Shown one piece after another: positions 6,658 through 15,223 of a stretch of DNA of 37,179 bases. Below the pieces are notes generated by a model. It was given only the letters and a program-made list of their open reading frames with translations. It was not told where the DNA came from and ran no database searches. Position 1 is the stretch's first letter. Each line of letters starts with the position of its first letter. This DNA is from a virus. The position numbers were made by a program, and so were the translations under genes. The stretch lies in IMG/VR virus record IMGVR_UViG_3300009100_000009; one strand, written 5' to 3'.

Positions 6658-6908
6658 GCGGCAGTCACGGCCTGCCCCAACCAACCACCGGCCCGATCAC
6701 CCCGGACACGCACCGCTGCCCCGGGTGTCTCGCGCCGGGCGTACCCAATCACAAGTTCGCCTGCCGGAGTTGCTGGTTCGCACTGCCCACCAAGTTGCGC
6801 CGGCCGATCACCGCGGCGTACCTCGCGGGTGACAGCGCAGCACACGCGGCAGCCATGCAAGCGGCCATCGCGTGGTTCCGTGCCGGGCCGCGGTCGGCGG
6901 GTGCGTGA
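6654..6908 (+). CDS. Hypothetical zinc-ribbon protein (CxxC...CxxC)
   Basis: ATGA overlap with the upstream stop. HRCPGC...FACRSCWF. Confidence 0.55.
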   Translation: MSGSHGLPQPTTGPITPDTHRCPGCLAPGVPNHKFACRSCWFALPTKLRRPITAAYLAGDSAAHAAAMQAAIAWFRAGPRSAGA

Positions 6909-7159
6909 TGGGGCAAACGAAACTGCGCGAGACCTACCGACTGGCCATGAACGTCCAGGAGGGTTACGAGGTTCTCGTCGACTGTGGACAGTGCAAGGGT
7001 AGTCACTGGGTGCGCGTGGCCAGCGCGCTACACATCCTGGCGCCGTTGCCACTCAGTAGCTTCACGGTCGACGGACACGAGCCCTGCGTACCGCAGGGTG
7101 CCTGGTTCACCAGGCACCCGCGTGCAAGCGTCATGTCGCGTCGCCCGGCGGGTGCGTGA
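6908..7159 (+). CDS. Hypothetical protein (83 aa)
   Basis: TGATG overlap at the conserved junction gggtgcgtgatg. Protein starts MGQTKLRETYRL. Confidence 0.5.
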   Translation: MGQTKLRETYRLAMNVQEGYEVLVDCGQCKGSHWVRVASALHILAPLPLSSFTVDGHEPCVPQGAWFTRHPRASVMSRRPAGA

Positions 7160-7500
7160 TGAGCGCGGGGATCATCTACCTGTTGCACTTCGACCGCCCG
7201 TACGCCCACGCGCGGCACTACCTCGGGTGGACAAACGGGAAGCTCGGGCTGCGGCTCGATAGGCACGCCGCGGGCAACGGCGCACGACTGCTCACGGTCG
7301 TCGCCTCGGCCGGTATCGGATGGAGCCTGGCGCGCACCTGGCCGGGCACCCGGGCGCGTGAGCGCCAGATCAAGCGCCAGGGTGGACTCTCGCGCAGCTG
7401 TCCACAATGCGGCGTGACGCCCTTGAGCAAAGTGGACCGGCGCCGGCTGACCAATCTGGCACTGCTCTACCCGCAGTACGTACGCCCGGTGGGTGCGTGA
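7159..7500 (+). CDS. GIY-YIG-like nuclease-domain protein with C-terminal CxxC
   Basis: GIIYLLHFDRPYAHARHYLGWTNGKLGLRLDRHAAG resembles GIY...YIG..T...R...H, followed by RERQIK and CPQCG. Same junction motif at its start. Confidence 0.45.
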   Translation: MSAGIIYLLHFDRPYAHARHYLGWTNGKLGLRLDRHAAGNGARLLTVVASAGIGWSLARTWPGTRARERQIKRQGGLSRSCPQCGVTPLSKVDRRRLTNLALLYPQYVRPVGA

Positions 7501-7685
7501 TGGCAGAGATACGGGTCTGGGTGGAGATCTTCACGACCCAGCGATTCCAGGAACAAACGGTGGAATGCCCGGATGCTGAGTGGGACGCCATGACGCCCGA
7601 CCAACGGCAAGACTGGATGGCTCTTGCGTTTGAGGACTATCGCAACGAGCTAGCCGATGGTGGGTTTGAGCAGGTGACACCATGA
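7500..7685 (+). CDS. Hypothetical acidic protein (61 aa)
   Basis: TGATG overlap at the third copy of the junction motif. Protein starts MAEIRVWVEIFTTQRFQEQ. Confidence 0.5.
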   Translation: MAEIRVWVEIFTTQRFQEQTVECPDAEWDAMTPDQRQDWMALAFEDYRNELADGGFEQVTP

Positions 7686-7888
7686 CGCTCGCGGAAGGCG
7701 CCGGCTACCTCGCGCTCGGCATGGCGTACGGCGTCACGGTCGCCCTGATCGCCGTCACGCTGTTCATGCTGTTCTGCCTCGCGATCGCACCGAGGCAGGC
7801 GCCCGCCGGTCGGCACCGGGCGACCTCCGGTGGTCGACTGTGGACGGTTGACGGGCCGCGCGTCCGCAGCCACCGGGGGTCGTCATGA
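7682..7888 (+). CDS. Small single-TM membrane protein
   Basis: ATGA overlap. YLALGMAYGVTVALIAVTLFMLFCLAI is hydrophobic. Confidence 0.5.
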   Translation: MTLAEGAGYLALGMAYGVTVALIAVTLFMLFCLAIAPRQAPAGRHRATSGGRLWTVDGPRVRSHRGSS

Positions 7889-8071
7889 CCCTCGACAAAA
7901 GGTCGTGCGTGCGACGGCAAGCAGCGCCACAGCAACCGCCAGGGCGCGGTCGACCAGATTCACTCCCTGGCGCGCACCCGCGGCGCCAACCCAGCTCGGT
8001 ACGAGCCGTACCAGTGCAAGCACTGCGGCGCCTGGCACATCGGGCACCGGGCGAAACGGAGTAGCACATGA
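7885..8071 (+). CDS. Zinc-ribbon protein that needs a +1 frame change at A-AAA-AGG (7897-7902); may instead be a homopolymer sequencing error
   Basis: ATG 7885 (ATGA overlap) is in frame 1. The high-GC3 frame encoding GRACDGKQRHSNRQGAVDQIHSLARTRGANPARYEPYQCKHCGAWHIGHRAKRSST is frame 2. Frame 2 has no start codon and ends in an ATGA overlap with the next gene. Confidence 0.45.
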
Positions 8072-8340
8072 ACATCCGACCGTTGACCCTTGGTGAAACC
8101 GGCTACCTGGTGCCTCGCAGGGATACCGCGCCCAGCGCTGCCTACCGCCAGCCCAAAATCACCGTCATCGGACGCAACGGGCCCCGCCTGACCGTCCGAC
8201 TCGACGACGGAACCGAGATCGAGACCGACGAGCGCAACGTGTTGCGCCATCGTCCGCGACCACCCAAGCGACGCAAGCAACGAGCGCCCGTGCCACGCCC
8301 CTCACTACCTGACGGCGCAGAGGAGATACCGCTGTGGTAA
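8068..8340 (+). CDS. Hypothetical protein (90 aa)
   Basis: ATG overlaps the upstream frame-2 stop. Basic Pro-rich tail. Confidence 0.5.
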   Translation: MNIRPLTLGETGYLVPRRDTAPSAAYRQPKITVIGRNGPRLTVRLDDGTEIETDERNVLRHRPRPPKRRKQRAPVPRPSLPDGAEEIPLW

Positions 8341-9665
8341 CCACCATCGAACTCGCCCCGCAACAGCGAGACGCGGTTGCCGCCATCACGGACTGGTATC
8401 GGGGTGAGCAGCAGACGTTCCGACTGTTCGGCTATGCGGGTACCGGAAAAACCACCCTCGCGCGGCACATCGTCGACACCCTCGGCGCCGGGCGTGTGCT
8501 CTACGCCGCGTACACGGGTAAGGCCGCGTATGTGCTGCGCGGCAAAGGATGCCACGCAGCGTCCACAGTACACAGCCTGATCTATCAGCCGGTGGAAAAG
8601 GCCCGTGCCGAGCTGGAGCGACTCAAGCGTGAGCTGGCCGACCTGCGTGACCAGCCGCTGGACGTGCTCACCACCGAGCAGCTACGACGGTGCACCGAAC
8701 TTGACGCGTTGATCAAACGCGAACAGGCCAAAGTGGACAGTCCGGATTGGATCCTGCGGGACGAGACCGAGCTGGAAACCGCGGACCTGCTCGTGCTTGA
8801 CGAGGTGTCGATGGTCGGCGAGCGGATGGCGCTGGACCTGCTCTCCTACGGCTGCAAGGTGCTGTGTCTCGGCGACCCTGCCCAGCTACCGCCGGTTGAC
8901 GGCGGTGGGTATTTCATCAACGCGCCGGCCGATCAGCTACTCACCGAGATCCACCGTAGCGCGCTCGACTCGCCGGTCACCCGGCTGGCCACCGCGGCCC
9001 GCAACAGCCAGCAGGGTGACCAGTGGTACGGCATCCGCGGGCGTGACGGCGACAGCGGGCGCATCGACCAGCTCGCCATCGCCGACCTGCTCGCCTTCGA
9101 TCAGGTGCTCGTCGGGCGCAACGCAACCCGCTGGCAGGCCGTGCACCTGCTGCGCGCCCTGCGCGGCCTGGGCGGCACCATGCCGCAGCCCGGCGACCGC
9201 ATCATCACCCTGGCCAACTCCAGCACCGCACAGGTGTTCAACGGCCAGCAGTTCGACGTCCTCGCCTCGGCGCCACACCCGGAGCGCGACGACCGCTACC
9301 GGCTCGTCGTACGCGACGAGGACGGTGTCGAACGTGACCTACCTGTGTGGGCGGCCGGCTTCCGCGACTTCGAAGGCGAGCAGAAAGCCCAGCGGGACGG
9401 ACGTGGCAACGTGGCCGCGGCCACCTTCGCTCAGGCCATCACCGTCCACAAGTCGCAAGGCTCGCAATACCAGCGGGTACTGGTCATCGACGAGTCCAGC
9501 GTCTTCCATTCGGCCGCCTACCGCCAAGCGGTGCGGGTGCTCGGACCCACCGCGGCGGCCGAAGCAGCCCATGTCAACGGCTGTCGCTGGCTGTACACCG
9601 CGATCACCCGGGCGTCCGAGCAGGTCGTGATCGCGCCACGACTCAACGGGCTGGTGACCGCATGA
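8334..9665 (+). CDS. SF1B DNA helicase (RecD/Dda-like)
   Basis: Walker A GYAGTGKTT, Walker B LLVLDEVSM, GDPAQLPPV, TVHKSQGSQY and YTAITRA motifs, all in the correct order. Confidence 0.9.
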   Translation: MVTTIELAPQQRDAVAAITDWYRGEQQTFRLFGYAGTGKTTLARHIVDTLGAGRVLYAAYTGKAAYVLRGKGCHAASTVHSLIYQPVEKARAELERLKRELADLRDQPLDVLTTEQLRRCTELDALIKREQAKVDSPDWILRDETELETADLLVLDEVSMVGERMALDLLSYGCKVLCLGDPAQLPPVDGGGYFINAPADQLLTEIHRSALDSPVTRLATAARNSQQGDQWYGIRGRDGDSGRIDQLAIADLLAFDQVLVGRNATRWQAVHLLRALRGLGGTMPQPGDRIITLANSSTAQVFNGQQFDVLASAPHPERDDRYRLVVRDEDGVERDLPVWAAGFRDFEGEQKAQRDGRGNVAAATFAQAITVHKSQGSQYQRVLVIDESSVFHSAAYRQAVRVLGPTAAAEAAHVNGCRWLYTAITRASEQVVIAPRLNGLVTA

Positions 9666-9733
9666 TCAGCAAACTGGGCACGCTCACGATCATGGTTGTG
9701 TTCGTGGTGCTGGCGCTGTGGCTATGCATATAG
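9662..9733 (+). CDS. 23-aa hydrophobic peptide (possible small membrane protein)
   Basis: ATGA overlap with the helicase stop. MISKLGTLTIMVVFVVLALWLCI. Confidence 0.3.
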   Translation: MISKLGTLTIMVVFVVLALWLCI

Positions 9734-9736
9734 GGG

Positions 9737-10081
9737 ATGTCGATGAATAACCACGATGCCGACTTGCAGGTAACCGAGGCGACCGCTTGCGTCCTCTACG
9801 AGGTCGCCCGTGAGCGATGCCGCCAAGACGCCAAGTGGGGCGAGCAAAATCACCCCGACGGCACAGGCGGCGAGATTGACCGGATCACTTCCGAAGCGAC
9901 CCGCCGTGCCTGCAAGCGCGCAGCCGATCGAGGTGGGATCACCTGGCGCCACATTCTGGCCGAGGAGGTCTACGAGGGGTTCGGCGAACCAAGCGCCGAC
10001 ATGCTTCGCACCGAGCTGATCCAGGTTGCCGCGGTCGCAGTCGCGTGGGTCGAAGCCATCGATCGGCGACGGTCACGATGA
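9737..10081 (+). CDS. All-alpha NTP pyrophosphohydrolase (MazG-like) candidate
   Basis: ERCRQDAKWGEQNHPDG and the later EEVYEGFGE...ELIQVAAVAVAW resemble phage MazG-like proteins from memory. Confidence 0.4.
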   Translation: MSMNNHDADLQVTEATACVLYEVARERCRQDAKWGEQNHPDGTGGEIDRITSEATRRACKRAADRGGITWRHILAEEVYEGFGEPSADMLRTELIQVAAVAVAWVEAIDRRRSR

Positions 10082-10317
10082 GCGAGCAACGTTGCTCCAT
10101 CACCGAGTTGCTCATCGACCAGTGCGCGCACTGCCGGCCGGCGCCCGCCACTGACCCGGTCGAGCTGCTGCTCGCGCCCAAGCTGGGCCCATGGTTCGAA
10201 GCACGATATGACGGTGGTGAGTGCATCAACTGTGGGTGGGGATTTTCGGTCGGGGACCAGATTCGCGCTGACGGTGATGGCGGATGGCTTTGTGTCGACT
10301 GTGGGCAGTTGTCATGA
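10078..10317 (+). CDS. Cys-rich (zinc-ribbon-like) hypothetical protein
   Basis: ATGA overlap. CAHC...CINCG...CVDCG. Confidence 0.5.
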   Translation: MSEQRCSITELLIDQCAHCRPAPATDPVELLLAPKLGPWFEARYDGGECINCGWGFSVGDQIRADGDGGWLCVDCGQLS

Positions 10318-11363
10318 CCAGCCATGAAGCACTCGCCGAGCTGATTGGCAGGATGGAATCGCGCCAGCCGGCCGGCCCGCCCTGCCTCGACCCGTGGTGC
10401 GGCAACACCCGCAACCCATGCGGGCATACGCCGAACGCGCACATGGAACACCATGGCGCCCGCGCCATCATCGCCGGCCAGGCCGACGGGAAGTGCCGTA
10501 ACCCCCTCTGTGGTGGGGATGGCGGGCAGTGCCCGACGTGCGAGCTCGACGTCCGTCCGCCGCTTCCGGCCGCGGTCGACGACACCCCGCCACCGTCCAC
10601 AGTGGCCGAAATGCGCACCGCCCTGAAAGACTACGACGACAACCGTCCGCGCAGCATGCAAACCACCCTCGGCCCGTCCGAGCTCGGCACCCCGTGCCAG
10701 CGTCAGATGGCTTACAAGCTGTCCGGCGCCACCAGACAGGTCATCAACGCGCCCAAGTGGGCGGCCATGCAAGGCACCGCCATGCACGCTCTCATGGAAG
10801 ACGTGCTGGGATTCCACAATGGACAGCTCGGCCGGCCCCGGTGGGTAATCGAACAACGGGTCGACGTAGACGACGAGATCGGCGGGGCGGGCGACGCCTA
10901 CGACGCTGATCACGCCCTGGTCGTGGACTGGAAGTACGTCGGTGTCACCACCCTGCGCAAGGTGAGACGCAAGACGGTGCCCGTTGAACAGCTCGTCACC
11001 CCCGACTACCGGGTGCAGGCGCACCTGTACGGCTACGGGCACGAGCGAGCCGGTCGACCCGTCCGGTGGGTGCGGCTCGTGCTGCTCGCCCGCTCCCATG
11101 ACTACGACGACAGTGCAGAGTGGACCGAACGGTACCGACCCGAAATCGCCATCGCCGCGCTCGACCGGTACTACGCCACACAGGATTTGGTGGCCGCGCT
11201 CGGCCTGCCGGATTCCGGCCTGTTCGGCGCAGTACCGGCCACGCCCGGCGACGCCTGCCAGTGGTGTGAGTTCCGTCGGCCGGGCGGCACAGCCGATGCC
11301 ACTGGCTGCCCTGGCAACACCGATGAGAAGATTGACAAACAGGTACGGGGACTGATCGCATGA
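10314..11363 (+). CDS. PD-(D/E)xK exonuclease, Cas4/RecB-like with Fe-S cysteines
   Basis: PSELGTPCQRQMAYK (N-terminal Cys), GDAYDADHALVVDWKYV (D..D-x-K), YRVQAHLYGYG (QxxxY), CQWCEF...C (C-terminal Cys cluster). Confidence 0.8.
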   Translation: MTSHEALAELIGRMESRQPAGPPCLDPWCGNTRNPCGHTPNAHMEHHGARAIIAGQADGKCRNPLCGGDGGQCPTCELDVRPPLPAAVDDTPPPSTVAEMRTALKDYDDNRPRSMQTTLGPSELGTPCQRQMAYKLSGATRQVINAPKWAAMQGTAMHALMEDVLGFHNGQLGRPRWVIEQRVDVDDEIGGAGDAYDADHALVVDWKYVGVTTLRKVRRKTVPVEQLVTPDYRVQAHLYGYGHERAGRPVRWVRLVLLARSHDYDDSAEWTERYRPEIAIAALDRYYATQDLVAALGLPDSGLFGAVPATPGDACQWCEFRRPGGTADATGCPGNTDEKIDKQVRGLIA

Positions 11364-11665
11364 CCACCACCGCCGTCGACACCATCGACATCAGCGTCGG
11401 ACTCATCCTCGACGGGCACCGGCTCGCCCTGCGTGGCCCCGAACGCGTCGCCGCCATCCATGCCATGAGCGAGCGTGGCCTGCCATTGCACGTGATCGCC
11501 GCCCGGCTGTGTCTGCCGGTCGACACCGCCCGCACCGCATGTAACCGGGCCGGTGTCACCTTCCCACCACCACCGCAGCCGTGGTGGGTCGCCTACATAG
11601 AACCGTCACGGGCGCGCGGCTACCGCACGCGCCGTCAACCGTCCATAGTAGACCCACTTACGTAG
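11360..11665 (+). CDS. Putative HTH DNA-binding protein
   Basis: ATGA overlap. ERVAAIHAMSERGLPLHVIAARLCLPVDTARTACNRAG resembles a sigma-region-4/LuxR-like HTH. Confidence 0.45.
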   Translation: MTTTAVDTIDISVGLILDGHRLALRGPERVAAIHAMSERGLPLHVIAARLCLPVDTARTACNRAGVTFPPPPQPWWVAYIEPSRARGYRTRRQPSIVDPLT

Positions 11666-11677
11666 GGGAGTTGTTCA

Positions 11678-11827
11678 ATGACAAAGGAAGACCTGATCAT
11701 GACGATTGAAGCATTCCTGACGAACCACGAGCAGTCCGAAAGTGCTGGACGTGTCGACGGCGAGGACGCCGTAGGCGTTGAGTTCCAAGACGGAACTCAA
11801 TATTTCATCGAAGTGCAAGACGTATAG
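11678..11827 (+). CDS. Small acidic hypothetical protein (49 aa) in a low-GC islet
   Basis: RBS ggggag then ATG. MTKEDLIMTIEAFLTNHEQSES... Below the ORF-track length cutoff. Confidence 0.4.
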   Translation: MTKEDLIMTIEAFLTNHEQSESAGRVDGEDAVGVEFQDGTQYFIEVQDV

Positions 11828-11865
11828 GCACAGCCAAGAGCATTACCGTCCACAAAGGAGGCACA

Positions 11866-12609
11866 GTGAGCCAACCGCAAGACGCCAACGATCTGCTGAT
11901 GAACGGCGGCACCCCCTCGGTCAAGTGGGAAGGCCGCGCCATCGGACACACCGTGATCGGCACCATCACGGACCAACCGAAGGCAGTGCAGATGACCAAA
12001 TACCAGTCCAGCGAGCTGGACTACTGGCCTTCCGGCGATCCCAAGATGGAGATCATCTGCGTGGTTCAGACCGACGAGCGCGACCCGGCCAAAACCGGCG
12101 ACGACGGCCGTCGCCGGCTGCACATCACCCCCCGCATGCAGAAGCCGCTCCGCGAGGCAGTGCAGCGGGTGGGCGCGCCCGGCCTGGCCATCGGCGGACG
12201 CATCGCCTTCCGGTGGATCTCCGGAACCGGGGTCGGCGAAGGCAACGCCCGTGAATTCGCAGCAGACTACGCCCCGCCCGTGGTCGACCCTGGATCCCTG
12301 CTCGGCGCCAACGGCGGTCAGCCGGCCGCACAGTCGCCGCTGAACGCCACCGCACCCGCACAGCCGGCCCCGGCTGCACAGGCGCCCGGTGGTGGCGTGT
12401 GGCTCGGCCAGCAAGCAGCACAGCAGCAAGCGGCACAGGCAGCACAGGCGCCCGGACTGTTCGGTACGCCCGGGGCCGTACCGCCGCCACCGATCACCAC
12501 CTGCCCGCCGGGTGTCGACCCGGGCGTGTGGGCGCAGCTGCCCGAAACGCAGAAACAGGCCGTCCTGGCCGCCATGGCCAACCCGGCAGCGTCCGCACCG
12601 CCGTTCTAG
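11866..12609 (+). CDS. Hypothetical protein with SSB-like architecture (globular N-domain, Q/A/P-rich linker, C-terminal ...APPF tip)
   Basis: RBS aaaggagg then GTG. Sits immediately upstream of the primase. Low-complexity AAQQQAAQAAQAPG linker. Confidence 0.35.
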   Translation: MSQPQDANDLLMNGGTPSVKWEGRAIGHTVIGTITDQPKAVQMTKYQSSELDYWPSGDPKMEIICVVQTDERDPAKTGDDGRRRLHITPRMQKPLREAVQRVGAPGLAIGGRIAFRWISGTGVGEGNAREFAADYAPPVVDPGSLLGANGGQPAAQSPLNATAPAQPAPAAQAPGGGVWLGQQAAQQQAAQAAQAPGLFGTPGAVPPPPITTCPPGVDPGVWAQLPETQKQAVLAAMANPAASAPPF

Positions 12610-12626
12610 GACCCCAACCCAGAACC

Positions 12627-12668
12627 CCCGGCCCCGTCGCGATACCAGGGGGTTGCGACGGGGCCGGG
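12627..12668 (+). terminator. Strong stem-loop (14-bp perfect stem)
   Basis: cccggccccgtcgc / gcgacggggccggg with a 14-nt loop, 18 nt after the stop at 12609. Confidence 0.6.
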
Positions 12669-12688
12669 CCAACCCGAGCGGAGCATAG

Positions 12689-15223
12689 ATGGCCAGTGAT
12701 GCCGGACCGGTCGCCGATCTCGCGCACGCCCGTCAATGGCTGGCCATCCTGCACGGTGACGCGCCCGGCCTCACGCACATCTGCTCGACCGACGACTGGG
12801 CCGGGCGGGCCTTCGCCGACCTGGGCGCCGCGATCAACTACGTGCGCTACCTCGACACCGAAGGCCGCGAGGGCATCTACGTGCGGGTGTCCACCCTGCG
12901 CGCCGCCCTGCCACCCGGGCGCCGCGGCGGGGCCGCTGACACGCAGGCCCTGCCCGCACTGTGGGCGGATCTCGACCTGGCCGGCCCCGGTCACGAAGAG
13001 ATCAACCTACCGCCCGACGAGCAGGCCGGGCGCAAGGTCATCACCGTGTCCGGCCTGCCGGATCCCACCTTGTGGATCCACTCCGGCGGGGGGCTGTACC
13101 CGATCTGGCTGCTCGACCAGCCGTGGGTCATCGCTGACGACCAGTTCGACCACGCGCGCCGGCTCGCCGCCGACTGGCAGCGGGTCATCGAGCACGCCAC
13201 GGCGTCCCTCGGCTGGCGGTACGGGCGCGGCGTTGGCGACCTGGCCCGGGTGCTGCGCCTACCCGGCACCGTCAACCGCAAGGCCGGACTTGCCCGCCCC
13301 TGCCGGATCATTGATGCCACCGACACCCGGTACAGCGTCGAGCAGCTCGACCAGGCCCTGGCCGCCGCCGTCGAGCGCATCGCCCCGCCGGCCGATTCGC
13401 GAATCGTGAATCCCGCCGGCGGAATAGTTGCGCCGTCAACAAATTCGCCGGCGGGACAGCGCGTTACCGCGCCCGGCGACGGCCCCGGTGACGACTACAA
13501 CGCGCGGGGCCCGGCCTGGCCGGCCATCCTGGAGCCCCACGGCTGGCGTGTGCACTACCAGCAGGATGACGTCACCTACTGGACCAGGCCCGGCAAGACC
13601 ACCGGCACGAGCGCCAGCACGAACGCGCTCGGCACCGACCGGTTGCACGTGTTCAGCACGAACGCCACGCCGTTCGAGGCCGGCCAGTCGTACCACCGTT
13701 TCGCCGCCTATGCCCTGCTCGACCACGCGGGCGACTACCGGGCCGCGGCCCGTCAGCTTGGAGAGCAGGGCTACGGCGCGCCCCTACCCGACCTGGCCGC
13801 CGAGCAGGCCGACAACCTCGCCGCGCTGCTCGGGCCGGGCGCCGCCGGCATGAGCACGGGCACACCTGCAACGGCCCCCAGGAAGGCCGCAGGCGGTCCA
13901 CCATCCGCGTACTTCAGGGATGGTTCGCTGCTCGTCGAGACGCTCTCCAGCGCCATCCTGGCCCGCCATCCGTGCGCCCTGACCCGGGAGCACAAGGTGG
14001 CCGTCTACGCCGACGGGGTCTATCGGCTCGACACGCTCGCGCTCTCGGCCGCGGTCGCCGAACTGCTCGGCGACCGGTTCTCGCCCCGCCACCGTGGCAC
14101 CGTCGCCGAGTTCATCGCGGCGCGCCTCTACCTCGACCGCCGGTTCCTACCCGAACGGGTAGCGGCGCCACTGCTCAACCTACGCAACGGCATGCTCGAC
14201 CTGCTCACCGGCCAGCTCGAATCACACGACCCCAGCCACCTGTCCGCAGTCCAGCTACCCATCCAGTGGCAACCGGATGCCACCTGCCCGCGGTACGAGT
14301 CATGGCTGGCCGAGGTCATCCCCGACCAGGTTGACGACCTGGAAGAGATTGCCGGGACCATGCTGGATCCGAGTCGCACGCCCACCCGCGCCCTGTTCGC
14401 CTTCGGGCCGGCCCGCTCAGGAAAGTCGACCTTCCTGCGACTGCTCGCCGCGATAGCCGGCGCACCCAACACATCCGCCGTCACTCTGCATCAGCTCGTC
14501 GACAACCGATTCGCGGCAGCCAACGTGTACGGGAAGATCCTCAACAGTGCTGCCGACATATCCTCGGCGCACGTCGAGGACATCGGCATATTCAAGATGA
14601 TGACCGGCGAGGATCCCATTCATGCGGACCGCAAATACGGCGGGCAGTTCACATTTACCAATCGAGCGCTATTCGCATTCAGCGCCAACACGTTGCCGAC
14701 CGTCGGGGAATCATCGCGTGCCTATGTCGAGCGTATCAAGCCGTTTGCTTTTGAGTCGTCTTTCGCCGGTCGGGAAGATCCCCAAGTCGAGGTGGCGATG
14801 ATGTCCGAGCTGCCCGGCATCCTGGCCCGCTGGGTGGCCGCGTACCGCCGGCTGCTCGGCCGCGGACGTCCCCTGGACACTCCGCAAAAGGTGCGAAACG
14901 AGTTCGAAGAGCGCTCCGACCGGGTGCGCCAGTGGGTGGCAGATTGCTGCGAGCTGACCGGCAATCTGCCACCCACTGGCGCACTTCTGCCACCGACCGA
15001 AGTGGCCTCCCGGCGATGGCTCGCCAGGGCGTTCAACGACTGGGCGAGAGACCAGGGAAGCGCACCCATGGGTGAACGTAAGATCCTCGACCGCCTGACC
15101 AGCATCGATGGTGTGGTCGAGGTGCGAAATGCAGTCGACAAGTCCCGGGGGCTCAATATCCGAGTAACCGGAGGGCATACACACAGTGACCTACTCGGTG
15201 GCAGAAGTGGCAGAAATGGATAA
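12689..15223 (+). CDS. Bifunctional primase-polymerase / SF3 (D5/P4-type) helicase
   Basis: N-terminal prim-pol features (LWADLDL, LPGTVNRK). Central primase-C region. Walker A GPARSGKSTFL and Walker B-like ILNSAADIS of the P4/D5 NTPase family. Confidence 0.85.
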   Translation: MASDAGPVADLAHARQWLAILHGDAPGLTHICSTDDWAGRAFADLGAAINYVRYLDTEGREGIYVRVSTLRAALPPGRRGGAADTQALPALWADLDLAGPGHEEINLPPDEQAGRKVITVSGLPDPTLWIHSGGGLYPIWLLDQPWVIADDQFDHARRLAADWQRVIEHATASLGWRYGRGVGDLARVLRLPGTVNRKAGLARPCRIIDATDTRYSVEQLDQALAAAVERIAPPADSRIVNPAGGIVAPSTNSPAGQRVTAPGDGPGDDYNARGPAWPAILEPHGWRVHYQQDDVTYWTRPGKTTGTSASTNALGTDRLHVFSTNATPFEAGQSYHRFAAYALLDHAGDYRAAARQLGEQGYGAPLPDLAAEQADNLAALLGPGAAGMSTGTPATAPRKAAGGPPSAYFRDGSLLVETLSSAILARHPCALTREHKVAVYADGVYRLDTLALSAAVAELLGDRFSPRHRGTVAEFIAARLYLDRRFLPERVAAPLLNLRNGMLDLLTGQLESHDPSHLSAVQLPIQWQPDATCPRYESWLAEVIPDQVDDLEEIAGTMLDPSRTPTRALFAFGPARSGKSTFLRLLAAIAGAPNTSAVTLHQLVDNRFAAANVYGKILNSAADISSAHVEDIGIFKMMTGEDPIHADRKYGGQFTFTNRALFAFSANTLPTVGESSRAYVERIKPFAFESSFAGREDPQVEVAMMSELPGILARWVAAYRRLLGRGRPLDTPQKVRNEFEERSDRVRQWVADCCELTGNLPPTGALLPPTEVASRRWLARAFNDWARDQGSAPMGERKILDRLTSIDGVVEVRNAVDKSRGLNIRVTGGHTHSDLLGGRSGRNG

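Noticed and set aside
9737-10081. The idea that the MazG-like gene marks a modified-base (Z-genome, MazZ/PurZ) pathway
   Set aside because: No PurZ-like adenylosuccinate synthetase homologue, and no other nucleotide-modification gene, is visible anywhere in the circle. The NTP-PPase call itself is only moderate confidence.
9939-11099. 386-aa minus-strand ORF. Similar long antisense ORFs occur at 11797..12672, 28012..28989, 31806..32897 and 33157..34104.
   Set aside because: All lie opposite plus-strand genes with clear motifs (Cas4-like nuclease, primase, glycosyltransferase, tape measure). They have shadow-frame composition and are not called.
12399-13409. 336-aa plus-strand ORF in an alternative frame over the start of the primase gene
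   Set aside because: The overlapping frame 12689..15223 carries the prim-pol and Walker motifs. The alternative frame is Pro/Arg/Ser/Thr-rich and has no start context.
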